This document shows, one piece after another, positions 39,666 through 51,196 of a DNA stretch of 64,000 nucleotides. Source of the stretch: Halarcobacter sp. (GTDB taxonomy: Bacteria; Campylobacterota; Campylobacteria; Campylobacterales; Arcobacteraceae). The position numbers and the translations under genes were made by a program. Where the stretch lies: NCBI GenBank assembly GCA_048571215.1, contig CP182352.1, positions 704,001 to 768,000 of the forward strand, read 5' to 3'. How positions within the stretch are numbered: position 1 is the stretch's first letter; each line of letters opens with the position of its first letter. The notes under the pieces are model-generated. The model saw nothing but the letters and a program-made list of their open reading frames with translations, did not search any database and was not told the DNA's origin.

Positions 39666-40901
39666 TTAGTCAATTGTTACTGTCTGATTTCTTCCCATAT
39701 CTTTTGCTTTATAAAGTGCCTTATCTACAGCTCTTATAAATTGGTCTAAGCTAAGCTCTTGTTTAGGGACACCTAGTCCAATACTAACTGTTAAATTATA
39801 TTTTTGAATATCTTTAGACTCTTTGATAGATAAGTGTAGTTTTTGTGCAAGAGAAAGGGCATTGTCTATATCACTATTTGGATAAATTATTATAAACTCT
39901 TCTCCACCCCATCTACCTACTGTATCTGTTTGTCTTGTAGATTCTTTTAATATTTCTGCTAAGTATTTTAATACTTTATCTCCCTCTTGATGCCCATATT
40001 TGTCATTGATACTTTTAAAATGATCTAAATCTAACATCAATAAAGCAAAAGAGGTGCCATTTTTTTGGAAGTTATCATAGTGTACTTGCAATTCATTATC
40101 CAATTTATATCTATTATAAAGTTTTGTAAGAGAATCAGTAATAGATTTTTTTGAAACCTCTTGGTACTCTTTTTGTTTATCTCTTATAATATTTTTATAT
40201 GCAATAAGTATTGGAATAATAGCAATTAAAAATAGTAGAAAAGATAGGAGTGTTTTGATTGTATTTTGTTTCAAAATGCGGTTTACATGTGAAATGTCCA
40301 TATCAACTCCTATAACATATAGGTTTCCCTTTGCTGTTTGTATAGGAAGAACGATAGAACGGTATGTTCCCCATCTATCACTAAAAATAGGCACATAAAA
40401 TGGTTTATATATTTTATTTGGTGTAATATAATCTGTACTTAAATGTTCAAAACTATTTTTTAAAGTTTCACTTGCATCTGGATAGGGTGTAAAATACCGA
40501 ACTTCAGTGTTATTTTTTATCTCAGAAGCTAAAGCACTAGAACTAGTTAGATAGTATTTCTTATCTTTATAGCGTATTACAGTATAAAGAAATTTTGTAC
40601 CCAATTGATTGTTTAACTTTGTAAGGTTTTTGATATTTTGAAAATCTTCTTTTTCACTTATAGATGTGGCAGAGCTTACCCTATCATGAAAGTCATCTTC
40701 TAATACAAAAGGTACTGCAACAGCTGCTGAATAGAGTTGTTTATCTATTTGGGCAATTAGATGTTCTTTCTCATTGAAATAATTCCAAATTGAATAAAGA
40801 GTTAAGATAGTGGTTGTAAAGCCTACTGCGGCTGCCATTTTTATACTATCACGTTTCATGAAATAATAAAGATTAAACCTTTTTATATATTTTATAATCA
40901 T
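39666..40901 (-). CDS. Membrane-bound diguanylate cyclase
   Basis: Two TMs with periplasmic domain; TDSLTKLYNR, DLDHFKSIND, GRWGGEEF. Confidence 0.92.
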   Translation of the reverse strand: MIIKYIKRFNLYYFMKRDSIKMAAAVGFTTTILTLYSIWNYFNEKEHLIAQIDKQLYSAAVAVPFVLEDDFHDRVSSATSISEKEDFQNIKNLTKLNNQLGTKFLYTVIRYKDKKYYLTSSSALASEIKNNTEVRYFTPYPDASETLKNSFEHLSTDYITPNKIYKPFYVPIFSDRWGTYRSIVLPIQTAKGNLYVIGVDMDISHVNRILKQNTIKTLLSFLLFLIAIIPILIAYKNIIRDKQKEYQEVSKKSITDSLTKLYNRYKLDNELQVHYDNFQKNGTSFALLMLDLDHFKSINDKYGHQEGDKVLKYLAEILKESTRQTDTVGRWGGEEFIIIYPNSDIDNALSLAQKLHLSIKESKDIQKYNLTVSIGLGVPKQELSLDQFIRAVDKALYKAKDMGRNQTVTID

Positions 40902-40967
40902 ATAGTATACATTAATTATTTTGTAAACTAATTAAATTGTAAACAATATAGTTATTATTTTGTAAAA

Positions 40968-41297
40968 TTAGTCTATTGTTTGTATATCTACAAGTTCTAT
41001 TTCAGCACAATCTTTTTTTGTAAGTTTCCTTGTTTTTGCATCCTCTTCTGCAAGTGATATTAAATCTGCAAAGTCATCTTTATTTACTTCAAACTGATAT
41101 AGCTCTTTTTGAGTTTCTATTTTTATTTTTGATTCATTCTCTTTTGTCAAAATATCAATATTTCTAATTCCCTTTGCAAATTCACTTTTTATAGTTTTTG
41201 CAACCTTTTCATTTGAAAGTAGTTTTTCTAAAGTAAGCTCTAAGTTGAAGTCATTTTTACATAATAATTTATATGTTACTATCATTTTCCCATCCAC
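40968..41297 (-). CDS. Hypothetical protein
   Basis: 109 aa ORF, GTG start with AAGGA RBS. Confidence 0.7.
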   Translation of the reverse strand: MDGKMIVTYKLLCKNDFNLELTLEKLLSNEKVAKTIKSEFAKGIRNIDILTKENESKIKIETQKELYQFEVNKDDFADLISLAEEDAKTRKLTKKDCAEIELVDIQTID

Positions 41298-41412
41298 TTT
41301 TAATCCTTTTTATAAATTTTAGTACTTTGTTTTCTTATTTTTATAAATAGTATTTTATCAGTAAAAAATAGTGATATACAAAAATATTACAGATTGTAAT
41401 CAAATTATGATT

Positions 41413-42144
41413 TTAATCTATTTTATCATATTTAGCAAAATTGTTGTATTTAAGAACAGCAATTATTTTTTTAACGTATTCTTCCCCTTGTTCAGAATAA
41501 TTTGTAAGTTTTTTTGCTATCTCAATGGGATCATTAGTATAAAAGTTAGTTTTTTTAAATTCAAAATATATTTTTTTTGATGATAACATTTTATAATACT
41601 GTTTAATGGCATCTTCTATAGTTGCAAATTTTTTTAAGTAAATAGTTGTATCTTCCCTTTTTTCATATGCAGCAATTCGAGGTTCATTTTTATTAAATGA
41701 CCAAACACCAAAAACATTATTGGCTTCTTTTAAAAACCTTGAAGTTCCCCATGCACTTTCTATGGCTGCTTGTGATAAAGTTATACTTATTGGGTGGGGT
41801 TTTAAAGCTATTAAAAGATTTTCATTGGTTTTTACATTGTACTCTTTTTTAAGTTTATCAAGTTTTTCATTTGTAGGTTCTAGTTCTATTAGTTTTTTAG
41901 CTTCTAAAAAATTTTCATATAAGTTATCATATACCTTTGTAACTTTTGGAATAAAAAGTTTATCAAATCTTCTTTTTTTATCACTTACTAATATCTCTTT
42001 TTTCTTTTCTACTTTCTTAGGTTTTAACTCTTTTGTTTGTTTTATAGTACTTTTATTTATTTGGGTATAAGATAAGTATAGAGTAAAAAATAGTAATAAA
42101 ACAAGTATTAATTTTTCTTTTAATCCAATTTTTGTATTGTTCAT
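41413..42144 (-). CDS. Glucosaminidase (GH73, Bax-like) domain protein
   Basis: LSQAAIESAWGTSRF..EANNVFG, YS.....YV; N-terminal TM. Confidence 0.88.
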   Translation of the reverse strand: MNNTKIGLKEKLILVLLLFFTLYLSYTQINKSTIKQTKELKPKKVEKKKEILVSDKKRRFDKLFIPKVTKVYDNLYENFLEAKKLIELEPTNEKLDKLKKEYNVKTNENLLIALKPHPISITLSQAAIESAWGTSRFLKEANNVFGVWSFNKNEPRIAAYEKREDTTIYLKKFATIEDAIKQYYKMLSSKKIYFEFKKTNFYTNDPIEIAKKLTNYSEQGEEYVKKIIAVLKYNNFAKYDKID

Positions 42145-42199
42145 AAGTTAAAACCTTAATATCATTTTATAGATTATAAAGACTAGTTAAAGCTAGCCT

Positions 42200-44452
42200 T
42201 TATTGTAGTTTTTTTGCAACAAGCTCATTTACAATTTTAGGGTTTGCTTTTCCACCAGTGTTTTTCAAAACTTGTCCTACAAAGAAACCTAAAAGCTTAG
42301 TGTTACCAGCTTTAAATTTTTCTACATTGTCTGGGTTTTTTTCAATAATTTGATCAATAATTGGTAATATAACATCTGGATCACTTATTTGTATTAAACC
42401 TTTTTTATCAACTATTTGTTTAGGATCTTCTCCTGTTTTTACCATACTTTCAAATACTTGTTTTGCAATTTTACTTGAGATAGTTTCCTCATCAACCATT
42501 TTAACAAGCTGTGCTATTTGAGAAGCTGTAAATTTTAGTTCACTTAAGTTTTTCTCTTTTAACTCTTTTGCCACATCATTTGCTACAATATTTGCTAGTG
42601 CAATAGGGCTATTTAGTTTTGATAATGCCTCTTCATAAAATGATGAAAGAACTTCATCTCTTGCTAAGATATTTGCAAGTTCATTGTTTAATTTAAACTG
42701 AAAGGTATATTTATCAAATAGTATTTTTTGTTCTTCATTTAAAGCTTGAGCTTCACCATGTACTACTTCCTTTTTTACTTCTTGTTTAGGTGCAGTTTCA
42801 GTTGTTTTTGCTTTTTTTGCCCAAGAATCTTTAAGTCCTACGATTTTATTAAATACAGGTTTTTCATCACTATAATCTATTGGATCTGCATAAAAATACC
42901 CTTGTCTTTCAAACTGAAATCTCTCATCTACTTTATCAGTTATAACAGCTGGTTCTATAAGTGCATCTTTAATGATTGATAATGAGTTTGGATTTAAGTC
43001 TTCTAGAGCTTCTGGGGCTTCATTTTTATAAAGTCTGTCATAAAGTCTAACTTCAATTTTTTTAGCTTTTCTAGCGTCAGCCCATTGGATAGCACTTTTT
43101 ACTTTGATACCACTAGTATCCGACCCACTTTTAGAATCAGGATGATAAGTAGCTTTTATCTGTGTTATTTTGCCATTGGCATCTTTTATCACCTCTTTAC
43201 AAGTGATAATATATCCATGTCTTAATCTTACAGGTTGTTCAGGAGTTAGTCTATAGTAACCTTTTGGAGGATTTTCTTCAAAATCCTCACGCTCTATATA
43301 AAGCTCCTTTGAAAAAGGGATTTTTCTTGAACCCTCTTTGGGTACATCGTGTGGATAATATGAAGCCTCAATTTCTTCACCATCACCCTCATAGTTTTCA
43401 ATAGTAACTTTAAGTGGATCAAGTACACACATAACCCTTGGTACTTTTTGGTTTAAATCATCTCTAATACAAAATTCAAGTTGTGATACATCTACCATTG
43501 AGTTTGCCTTTGCCACACCTATTTGATCACAAAAATTTAAAATAGATTCAGGAGTATATCCTCTTCTTTTATATCCTGCAATCGTAGGCATTCTTGGGTC
43601 ATCCCAACCACTTACATAATTGCCATTTACAAGTTCCAAAAGTTTTCTTTTACTCATAACAGTATAGTTGATACCTAGACGTGCAAACTCATATTGATAA
43701 GGTCTAGGTGGTTCAAGTTCAAGTGTATCTAAAACCCAATCATAAATATCACGATTGTTTTCAAACTCTAAAGTACAAATAGAGTGTGATACACCTTCAA
43801 TATAATCAGATAAACAATGTGCAAAATCATACATTGGGTAGATACACCATTCATCATTTGTTCTAAAATGATGTGCATGTCTGATTCTATATAAAAGTGG
43901 ATCACGCATCTTCATATTTGCTGCACCCATATCGATTTTTGCTCTTAGTACATGCTCTCCCTCTTTGAATTCACCCTTTCTCATTCTTTCAAGTAAATCA
44001 AGGTTTTCTTCAACAGAACGTTTGGCATATTTACTTCTTCTTCCAGCTTCTGTTACAGTTCCTCTATATTCTCTTATCTCTTCTTCATTTAAACTATCAA
44101 CATAGGCTTTTCCCATCTTAACAAGTTTAATAGCATATTCGTATATCTTTGGGAAATAATCTGATGTGAAATATACATTTTCTCCCCAGCTAAAGCCTAG
44201 CCATTGCACAGCATCTTTTAGTGCTTCAACATATTTTGTATCTTCAGTTGTTGGATTTGTATCATCCATTCTAAGGTTACAGTGACCATTATAATCCCTT
44301 GCGATACCAAAATTTATACAGATAGATTTAGCGTGACCAATATGTGGAAAGCCATTAGGCTCAGGAGGAAATCTTGTAATAACCTCTTTATATTTGTCTT
44401 TTCTTAAGTCTTCTTCAACTTTGACACGTAAAAAATCTTTATGCTCACTCAT
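42200..44452 (-). CDS. glnS: Glutamine--tRNA ligase fused to C-terminal YqeY/GatB-like domain
   Basis: TRFPPEPNGFPHIGH, MSKRK, FQFERQGYF; C-terminal LLGFFVGQVLK.TGGKANP. Confidence 0.95.
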   Translation of the reverse strand: MSEHKDFLRVKVEEDLRKDKYKEVITRFPPEPNGFPHIGHAKSICINFGIARDYNGHCNLRMDDTNPTTEDTKYVEALKDAVQWLGFSWGENVYFTSDYFPKIYEYAIKLVKMGKAYVDSLNEEEIREYRGTVTEAGRRSKYAKRSVEENLDLLERMRKGEFKEGEHVLRAKIDMGAANMKMRDPLLYRIRHAHHFRTNDEWCIYPMYDFAHCLSDYIEGVSHSICTLEFENNRDIYDWVLDTLELEPPRPYQYEFARLGINYTVMSKRKLLELVNGNYVSGWDDPRMPTIAGYKRRGYTPESILNFCDQIGVAKANSMVDVSQLEFCIRDDLNQKVPRVMCVLDPLKVTIENYEGDGEEIEASYYPHDVPKEGSRKIPFSKELYIEREDFEENPPKGYYRLTPEQPVRLRHGYIITCKEVIKDANGKITQIKATYHPDSKSGSDTSGIKVKSAIQWADARKAKKIEVRLYDRLYKNEAPEALEDLNPNSLSIIKDALIEPAVITDKVDERFQFERQGYFYADPIDYSDEKPVFNKIVGLKDSWAKKAKTTETAPKQEVKKEVVHGEAQALNEEQKILFDKYTFQFKLNNELANILARDEVLSSFYEEALSKLNSPIALANIVANDVAKELKEKNLSELKFTASQIAQLVKMVDEETISSKIAKQVFESMVKTGEDPKQIVDKKGLIQISDPDVILPIIDQIIEKNPDNVEKFKAGNTKLLGFFVGQVLKNTGGKANPKIVNELVAKKLQ

Positions 44453-44658
44453 CTATTAAACCCTTTGTCTTTGATACTTTTTTAAGGATGTATTTTATCA
44501 AATTAGTGCTTATATTAGAGGTTTCATAAAAGCTTTCGATTGTATTATTTACAATTATAATTGTAGTTTTGGTTTTTATATTAAATTTGTTTTTATTTTT
44601 TATATTGTATAAGATAATATATTACATAATTAATATTTTAAAATATGGGATAAATTTT

Positions 44659-45462
44659 ATGAAAAAAACCACACTACTTCTTATTGTATTTTTCTTTTTC
44701 TTTTCATTCTATATTGTATATGATAATTTTATTAAAAAAGGTTTTGTTTTTAATGATAGATATGTATATGATATAAATAATTTTGATACAAGTTCTTCAG
44801 ATATTAACTTAAAAGCTGGGAAAACATTGCAATTTAGATTTCATAATTCTTATGATGATGAGATTAGTATTTGTGAGTTGCATGTTCCAAAAAATTATAC
44901 AAAAAATAATGAGATACCAATATTTGTTTGGTTTGCCCCTGGCAATGGCTCTTATAGTGTAAAAAATGTACCTGCACTTGTTGATTTTGATGAATATTTT
45001 ATTTTAGCTTTACCATATTTAGATAATCAATTACCCCGTTTAGCTATCCAAGGTGGAAATATAGATCAGTTTTGGGAATACGATAGACCTATGTTTGAGT
45101 ATGTTATAGATAATATTCCTAATCTTAGTGAAGATGTAAGAATAGCAGCTGGATTTAGTAGTGGGGCACATTTTGTTTCTTCTGCCTTAGATAGGGATTG
45201 GATAGGATTTACTGATTTTTTCACAGGATATATTATCCATGAGGGTGGAGGTGCACCTGAAATGACATACAAAGGGATAAAACCATTTCATAAGATTCTT
45301 ATAACATATGGCGATAGTTATAATAGCTATGGAAAGTTGGTTGCAGATATGATGAAACAAGTACGTAAAGATATAACAGTATATGCAGTTCCTAACACAA
45401 AGCATCAATTAAATCCTCAATCAATAGAGTATATAAGAGAATGGATAAAAGAAACATTTTAA
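44659..45462 (+). CDS. Membrane-anchored alpha/beta-hydrolase-like protein
   Basis: N-terminal TM; GFSSG nucleophile elbow; C-terminal His (TKH). Confidence 0.55.
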   Translation: MKKTTLLLIVFFFFFSFYIVYDNFIKKGFVFNDRYVYDINNFDTSSSDINLKAGKTLQFRFHNSYDDEISICELHVPKNYTKNNEIPIFVWFAPGNGSYSVKNVPALVDFDEYFILALPYLDNQLPRLAIQGGNIDQFWEYDRPMFEYVIDNIPNLSEDVRIAAGFSSGAHFVSSALDRDWIGFTDFFTGYIIHEGGGAPEMTYKGIKPFHKILITYGDSYNSYGKLVADMMKQVRKDITVYAVPNTKHQLNPQSIEYIREWIKETF

Positions 45463-45481
45463 AAAATGCTTTAAATTATAA

Positions 45482-47488
45482 CTAATATGGTATGTAAGAT
45501 AACTCTATAAAAAACTTAGCACCTATTTTTGTATTTTTTACATATAAGTTTCCTTTTAGACTCTCTTTTATAATTTTATAACTCATATAGAGACCCAATC
45601 CAGTACCTTGTGATTTGTGTTTGGTTGTAAAATATGGTTCAAATATTTTATCAATTATTTTTTCATCTATACCACCTGCATTATCTTCAAATGTTATTAA
45701 TATCTTTTTTTTATTGATTTTTTTAATATTTAAATATATTTTAGGTTCTTCTATCTCTTTTTCTTTAAATACATCTTTTGCATTAGTTATTAAATTTATT
45801 ATAACTTGAGATAGTTCACCCTCAACAATATTTACAAAAATGGGTTCTATATCATCTAAATTATGCACAAGTTTAATATGGTTGTTTGTAAGTGTAGCTT
45901 TTAATAAATCAATAGATTTATAAATATTTTCTTGAAGAAATACTTTTTTATATACTTTTTCTTGTTTTATAAAGTTTCTAAATGTCTCAATTGTTTCAGA
46001 TAAATATTGTGCACTTTTATTAATCACTTCTAACTCTTCAAATAAAAGTTTATCGGATAAAATATTCATCTCTTTTTGTAGTTTAATTCCTGTTGATGCT
46101 GTACTAATTATACTTAGTGGTTGTCTCCATTGATGGGCAATATTTCCTATCATCTCACCCATAGAAGCCATTTTTGCTTGTTCTATAAGTTTTAGTTCAT
46201 GTTTTACATTTTTTTTAACTTCCAGTTGTATTTTTTCATTTAATGTATTATTTAAATCTGATAACTCTTTTGTTGTTACTGATACTAAGTTTGATAATGC
46301 TTTAATAGTCTGGATTTTTGCATTATTTTGAGGTTGTGAATAATCATCAATTTTAACTTTTATATCGCTTCTTTCACTTAAAGAAAGGATTGTCATTGTT
46401 TCATTAAAAAGTTGATTGAAATTTTTACCATTTTTATCTTTTTTATGAAAAAACTCTCCATATGTAAAAAAACCACTAACGGAAGCTAGTTTAGTAAGTG
46501 GAAATATTTCAGTCTCAATATTTTTACCTATTAAATGTTTTCTAGCCATACAAGAATAGATAAATAGTGATTCTATTGGGGTATTAGATAGTTCATGATA
46601 TAAACTATCTAAATTTTCTAAAATAAACTCAACATTTCCATAACCTAAGTATACTTTATCACCCACTTCAAAGTTACCTGCAAAGATTAGGGAACTATCT
46701 TCATTTTTCCCAATAGCAGCTCTTGCAATCATTTGATTATTTCTTGTTAAGATTAAAGGGAATTCAATCCCTGTCGAGGGGAGTTGATCTGAGATATCTT
46801 TCCCAAGATATTTATTATATATCTCATATGTTGGTATATTATCTATTGAGTATACAATATTTTCATTTGCACTAGTAACTACCATCTCTTTACCAATCTT
46901 TTCCCAGCCAAAATTGAATGTGGTATTTGCTATTAGGTTTTCTCCATAAAGTATCGCTGCAACTGCTCCTTTTTCAATGAAACCTTTATCTGTAAAAACT
47001 AAAGTTTCATCAAATTTTGCATTGTCACCTGCTAAGCCACCAGCAATTGTTAGATGATTTATTTCATCTTGAAAAGCTCTTAAAAACGTCTCACCATTTG
47101 TGTTGAGTCCATCAGCAAATATGATTGCAACTTTTGCCTTATTATTATTTGGTATTTTTTTTATTAAGTTAATTCCCATCTTATAACTTGATGGTTCATA
47201 TTCTATTTCAACTATTTCTATAGTTGATTTTTCAAACTGTGTAAATGATAAAATAATTTCATTAGAAGATACATTTTTATCTAAAATCTCACCATCTGTT
47301 GTAGTACCTATGATTTTATAATCTGGTAGTAGTTTTTTAATATTTTGTAAAACTTTTTCTATTTTATTTTTATTGATTTTTCCAGAAAATATTTGTAGTA
47401 AGCCATTATTTGTATTAATAATATTATTTAAGTTTATAAAATCTTCTAGATTCTTATAAGTAGTATATTTTGTATTATGCGTCTTCAA
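45482..47488 (-). CDS. FIST-domain sensor histidine kinase
   Basis: GTTTDGEI, GGLAGD, YSC.AR, GFFTYGE (FIST); IAHQWRQPL, DNAGG, FEPYFTTK, GTGLGL. Confidence 0.92.
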   Translation of the reverse strand: MKTHNTKYTTYKNLEDFINLNNIINTNNGLLQIFSGKINKNKIEKVLQNIKKLLPDYKIIGTTTDGEILDKNVSSNEIILSFTQFEKSTIEIVEIEYEPSSYKMGINLIKKIPNNNKAKVAIIFADGLNTNGETFLRAFQDEINHLTIAGGLAGDNAKFDETLVFTDKGFIEKGAVAAILYGENLIANTTFNFGWEKIGKEMVVTSANENIVYSIDNIPTYEIYNKYLGKDISDQLPSTGIEFPLILTRNNQMIARAAIGKNEDSSLIFAGNFEVGDKVYLGYGNVEFILENLDSLYHELSNTPIESLFIYSCMARKHLIGKNIETEIFPLTKLASVSGFFTYGEFFHKKDKNGKNFNQLFNETMTILSLSERSDIKVKIDDYSQPQNNAKIQTIKALSNLVSVTTKELSDLNNTLNEKIQLEVKKNVKHELKLIEQAKMASMGEMIGNIAHQWRQPLSIISTASTGIKLQKEMNILSDKLLFEELEVINKSAQYLSETIETFRNFIKQEKVYKKVFLQENIYKSIDLLKATLTNNHIKLVHNLDDIEPIFVNIVEGELSQVIINLITNAKDVFKEKEIEEPKIYLNIKKINKKKILITFEDNAGGIDEKIIDKIFEPYFTTKHKSQGTGLGLYMSYKIIKESLKGNLYVKNTKIGAKFFIELSYIPY

Positions 47489-47566
47489 ATTAGCTACCTT
47501 AAAAAAATATTAAGCTATTATAACTTTTAAAGATTTAAAGTCAAGATTGAAAAGGAAATTTCTTAT

Positions 47567-48484
47567 ATGAAAAAGATTATAGTAGTTATTTTAATGATAA
47601 TAGTTAGTTTATCAGCAAATGTTTATGATTTAAAACCTGTAAAAATTACAGATAATGTAACTTGTTTTATTGGGGATTTTAATCCTCCCCTTAAAACAAA
47701 TAAAGGCTTTGTTTCAAATGTATGTTATGTTGATATAGCAGATAGTGTTGTAGTAATTGAACCAGGACCAACATATGTTTTTGCAAAAGAATTAAATAGT
47801 TATATTAAAAAAACTCTTAATAAAAAAGTAAGTTATGTAGTTGCAACAAACTTTCATGATGATAGATATACAGGAGCTTCTTATTATAAGCAAATGAATA
47901 TTCCAATAATAGCTCATAAAACTATCATAAAAGAGTTAAAAGAAAATCCAGATAAATTTACAAGAATCCAAAAAGTTACAAGTAAAGAAGAGTATTCAAA
48001 ATCCAAAATAGTTCAACCAGATATATTGATAGATGATAAGTATATTATTGAAGGGAAAACAAGAAATCTTGAAATCTTAAAGTTAAGTGCGGGTTCAAAT
48101 TCAGTTTCTGATATAGCTATTTATAGTTTAAAAGATAATTTTATTTTTGTTGGAAATATTGTATTCAATGGAAGAATGATTAAATATGCTAAATATAGCA
48201 ATATAGATAATTGGATAGAAGCATTAAGAAATTTAGAAAAAATGGATGTAAAATATGTATTAGGTGGGCATGGAAGTGAATTTGATAAAAATTCATATAA
48301 ACCAACACTTGAATATCTAAAAATATTAAGATCAAGTGTAAAAAAAGCTTATGAAAATGATGTGGAGAGGGAAGATATCAAAAACTATGTAGATGATAAA
48401 AAGTTTAGTTATTATAAGCATTATAAAACAATAGTTACGGGAAATGCTAAAACCTATTATGATCAATTAGAGTGGGCTGAGTAA
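47567..48484 (+). CDS. Secreted MBL-fold protein (SoxH-like)
   Basis: Signal peptide; NKGFVSN, degenerate metal motif TNFHDDR, GGHG. Confidence 0.75.
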   Translation: MKKIIVVILMIIVSLSANVYDLKPVKITDNVTCFIGDFNPPLKTNKGFVSNVCYVDIADSVVVIEPGPTYVFAKELNSYIKKTLNKKVSYVVATNFHDDRYTGASYYKQMNIPIIAHKTIIKELKENPDKFTRIQKVTSKEEYSKSKIVQPDILIDDKYIIEGKTRNLEILKLSAGSNSVSDIAIYSLKDNFIFVGNIVFNGRMIKYAKYSNIDNWIEALRNLEKMDVKYVLGGHGSEFDKNSYKPTLEYLKILRSSVKKAYENDVEREDIKNYVDDKKFSYYKHYKTIVTGNAKTYYDQLEWAE

Positions 48485-48581
48485 GTGTAGATAAATTTTT
48501 GATTTACTAAACATAAAGTCAACAATAAAAAACTATAATAATATCTTGATGTTATTTACAGAATTTGAATCAAGGTAAAAA

Positions 48582-49076
48582 ATGAAAGATAAAATAAAAA
48601 AATATCTTAAAGAGGGTGTGATACTTATAATATTTTTAGCAATAGCTATGAATGGTATTAGTTATTATAAATCACTTGATTTAAATAAAAATAGACTAGA
48701 TATAGATAGTTTTACCCTTCTTGATGGGAGTAAATATGTAGTCTCTAAAGATAAACCAATACTTGTTTATTTTTGGGCCTCATGGTGTCCTATTTGTAAA
48801 GTTGAAGCACCAAATATAGAAAAAATTTCAAAAGATTTTGAGGTAGTAACAATTGTTGTACAATCTGGAAGTAAAAAACAAATACAAGAGTATATAGCTG
48901 AGCATAAACTTAGCTTCAAAGTTGTAGATGATACAAATGGATTTTATTCTCAAAAATTTAATATAAAAGTTTTTCCCACAACATTTATATATGATAAAAA
49001 TAAAAAATTAAAATTTAGTGAAGTAGGGTATACTACTACTGCTGGTTTATATTCAAGGATGTTGCTAAGTAGATAG
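48582..49076 (+). CDS. TlpA/redoxin-type thiol-disulfide oxidoreductase
   Basis: FWASWCPIC, FPTT; N-terminal TM. Confidence 0.9.
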   Translation: MKDKIKKYLKEGVILIIFLAIAMNGISYYKSLDLNKNRLDIDSFTLLDGSKYVVSKDKPILVYFWASWCPICKVEAPNIEKISKDFEVVTIVVQSGSKKQIQEYIAEHKLSFKVVDDTNGFYSQKFNIKVFPTTFIYDKNKKLKFSEVGYTTTAGLYSRMLLSR

Positions 49077-49077
49077 T

Positions 49078-49347
49078 TTACATTATCTTAAATTTATCAT
49101 GATATATTTTTTCTATATTGTCAAATTGCTTAATATCTTTTACAATACTACTAGGACTTCCTTTTTTTAGTATTTGTATAAAGTCATTTAATCTATGCTC
49201 CTCACAAGTAACTACTGCTTCAACAGTACGATCCGGCAAGTTTTTTACATATCCATAAAATTTTTGAGTGTTTGCATTTTTTGCAACATTTTTTCTATAA
49301 TATACACCTTGAACTTTTCCACTTACTAAAAATCTATAACTTTTCAT
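49078..49347 (-). CDS. Acylphosphatase
   Basis: VSGKVQGVYYR, GYVKNLPD. Confidence 0.92.
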   Translation of the reverse strand: MKSYRFLVSGKVQGVYYRKNVAKNANTQKFYGYVKNLPDRTVEAVVTCEEHRLNDFIQILKKGSPSSIVKDIKQFDNIEKIYHDKFKIM

Positions 49348-49466
49348 TTTTTTCCTTTATTAGTAAATTTGTTTTTATAATATATAAACTATATATTATA
49401 ACTACTAAAAAATATCAATCTCTTTTATAATACAAAAAAAGGATAATTAATGCTATATATTATACT

Positions 49467-49500
49467 AAAAAAAGCTAGAAGAGTATCTCTTCTAACTTTT
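49467..49500 (-). terminator. Rho-independent terminator of lactate permease
   Basis: AAAAGTTAGAAGAG / CTCTTCTAGCTTTT hairpin with T-run on minus strand. Confidence 0.7.
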
Positions 49501-49504
49501 AAAT

Positions 49505-51196
49505 TTATTTCATTAGTGGGTCAGTTAAACCAATAACATACATACCTATAAGACCTAAAATACCAGCAACTAAGCAGTAGTAAATAGTAGGGATTATTGT
49601 TTTTCTTAAGGTCTCACCCTCTTGGTCAAGTAAACCAACAGTGGCAGAAGCTGCAACAACATTATGAATCGCAATCATATTTCCAGCTGCTGCTCCAACT
49701 GCTTGAAGAGCAATCATAAAAGTAGTTGAAACGGTAAGGGCATCTGCAACACCAAATTGAAATTGTGATAACATCATATTTGATACAGTATTACTTCCTG
49801 CAATAAAAGCTCCTAAAGCACCAACCATTGGAGCAAATAATGGGTAAATATCCCCCACTGAACTTGCAACAAAATTTGCCATAGCAACAGGCATAGAATC
49901 AAATCCTGAAGCATTTACTCCTGAATTAATAAGAATTCTAACTAAAGGAATAGTAAATACTAATACAAAACCTGCACCTAACATCACTTGTGAAGATTCT
50001 GTAAAGGCTTCTTTCATCTCTTTGAATTCCATTTTATGTAAGAAATAAGTTATAATCACTACAAAAACTAAAATTCCACCTGGTAGATAAAGTGGAGTAA
50101 TAGAGTATCCTAAGCCTTCACCTAAAATATCTTTAAATGGGATTACCCAAGATGTTACAAATGCTTTTGCTTCTGAACTAACTCTTGTCAATACTAAAAT
50201 AGCTGCAACTAATACATAAGGTACCCATGCTCTTGCTAAAGACATATCTACTTTAGTATTCATAGCATCTAATTTCATCTCTAATTTTGAAACCCAATGT
50301 ACAGGCCATTCTTCTTTAGGAGCAAAATCCCAAGTATCTTTTGGAATCAAAAATCCTTTTTTTGCAGCTGTTATTACAATAGGAAGTCCAATTAAAGCTC
50401 CAATAAGAGATGGAAACTCTGCACCTAAAAATACACCTGTTAAAGCATAAGGAATAGTAAATGCCAAACCACCAAAAATTGCAAATGGTAAGATTGATAA
50501 ACCTTCAGTCCACGATTTGTTTTTACCAAAAAATCTTGTCATCATTATAATCATAAATAGTGGAATTAAAGTTCCTGTAATAGCATGGATAATAGCTACT
50601 TCACTAGTAATAATTTGAAGATAAGTTTCCCAGTTTGAACCAAGTGTTTGTAAAGTAGCACTTATCCCTTCTGAATCCAAACCTTTGTTTACACCAATTA
50701 AAATAGGTGTTCCAACTGCACCAAATGATACAGGAGTTGATTGTATCATCATCCCTATCATAACAGCAGCCATGGCAGGAAATCCAATAGCAACCATAAG
50801 TGGAGCTGCAATAGCAGCAGGTGTTCCAAAACCAGATGCACCTTCAATAAATGAACCAAATAGCCAAGCTATAATTATAACTTGAACTCTTCTATCTGGA
50901 CTTACATTATTAAAACCTTCTCTAATAACTTTTATAGCCCCTGAGTGTTTAAGTGTATTTAGCAATAATATTGCACCAAAAATAATCCATAACACAGCCA
51001 CTGTGATTAATAGACCTTGAATTGTTGAAGCTAACACTCTGTTAAAAGTAACTTCCCACACATAAACCGCTACCAAACTTGTCACAACAAATACAACTGG
51101 CATAGCTTTTTTAGCTGGTAATCTTAAACCAACCAATAAAACTGCTGCAACCAAAATTGGTAAGGCAGCAAAAAAGGCTTGAGTACCTATTTCCAT
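49505..51196 (-). CDS. L-lactate permease (LctP family)
   Basis: [30 protein letters not shown] motifs; polytopic. Confidence 0.93.
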   Translation of the reverse strand: MEIGTQAFFAALPILVAAVLLVGLRLPAKKAMPVVFVVTSLVAVYVWEVTFNRVLASTIQGLLITVAVLWIIFGAILLLNTLKHSGAIKVIREGFNNVSPDRRVQVIIIAWLFGSFIEGASGFGTPAAIAAPLMVAIGFPAMAAVMIGMMIQSTPVSFGAVGTPILIGVNKGLDSEGISATLQTLGSNWETYLQIITSEVAIIHAITGTLIPLFMIIMMTRFFGKNKSWTEGLSILPFAIFGGLAFTIPYALTGVFLGAEFPSLIGALIGLPIVITAAKKGFLIPKDTWDFAPKEEWPVHWVSKLEMKLDAMNTKVDMSLARAWVPYVLVAAILVLTRVSSEAKAFVTSWVIPFKDILGEGLGYSITPLYLPGGILVFVVIITYFLHKMEFKEMKEAFTESSQVMLGAGFVLVFTIPLVRILINSGVNASGFDSMPVAMANFVASSVGDIYPLFAPMVGALGAFIAGSNTVSNMMLSQFQFGVADALTVSTTFMIALQAVGAAAGNMIAIHNVVAASATVGLLDQEGETLRKTIIPTIYYCLVAGILGLIGMYVIGLTDPLMK

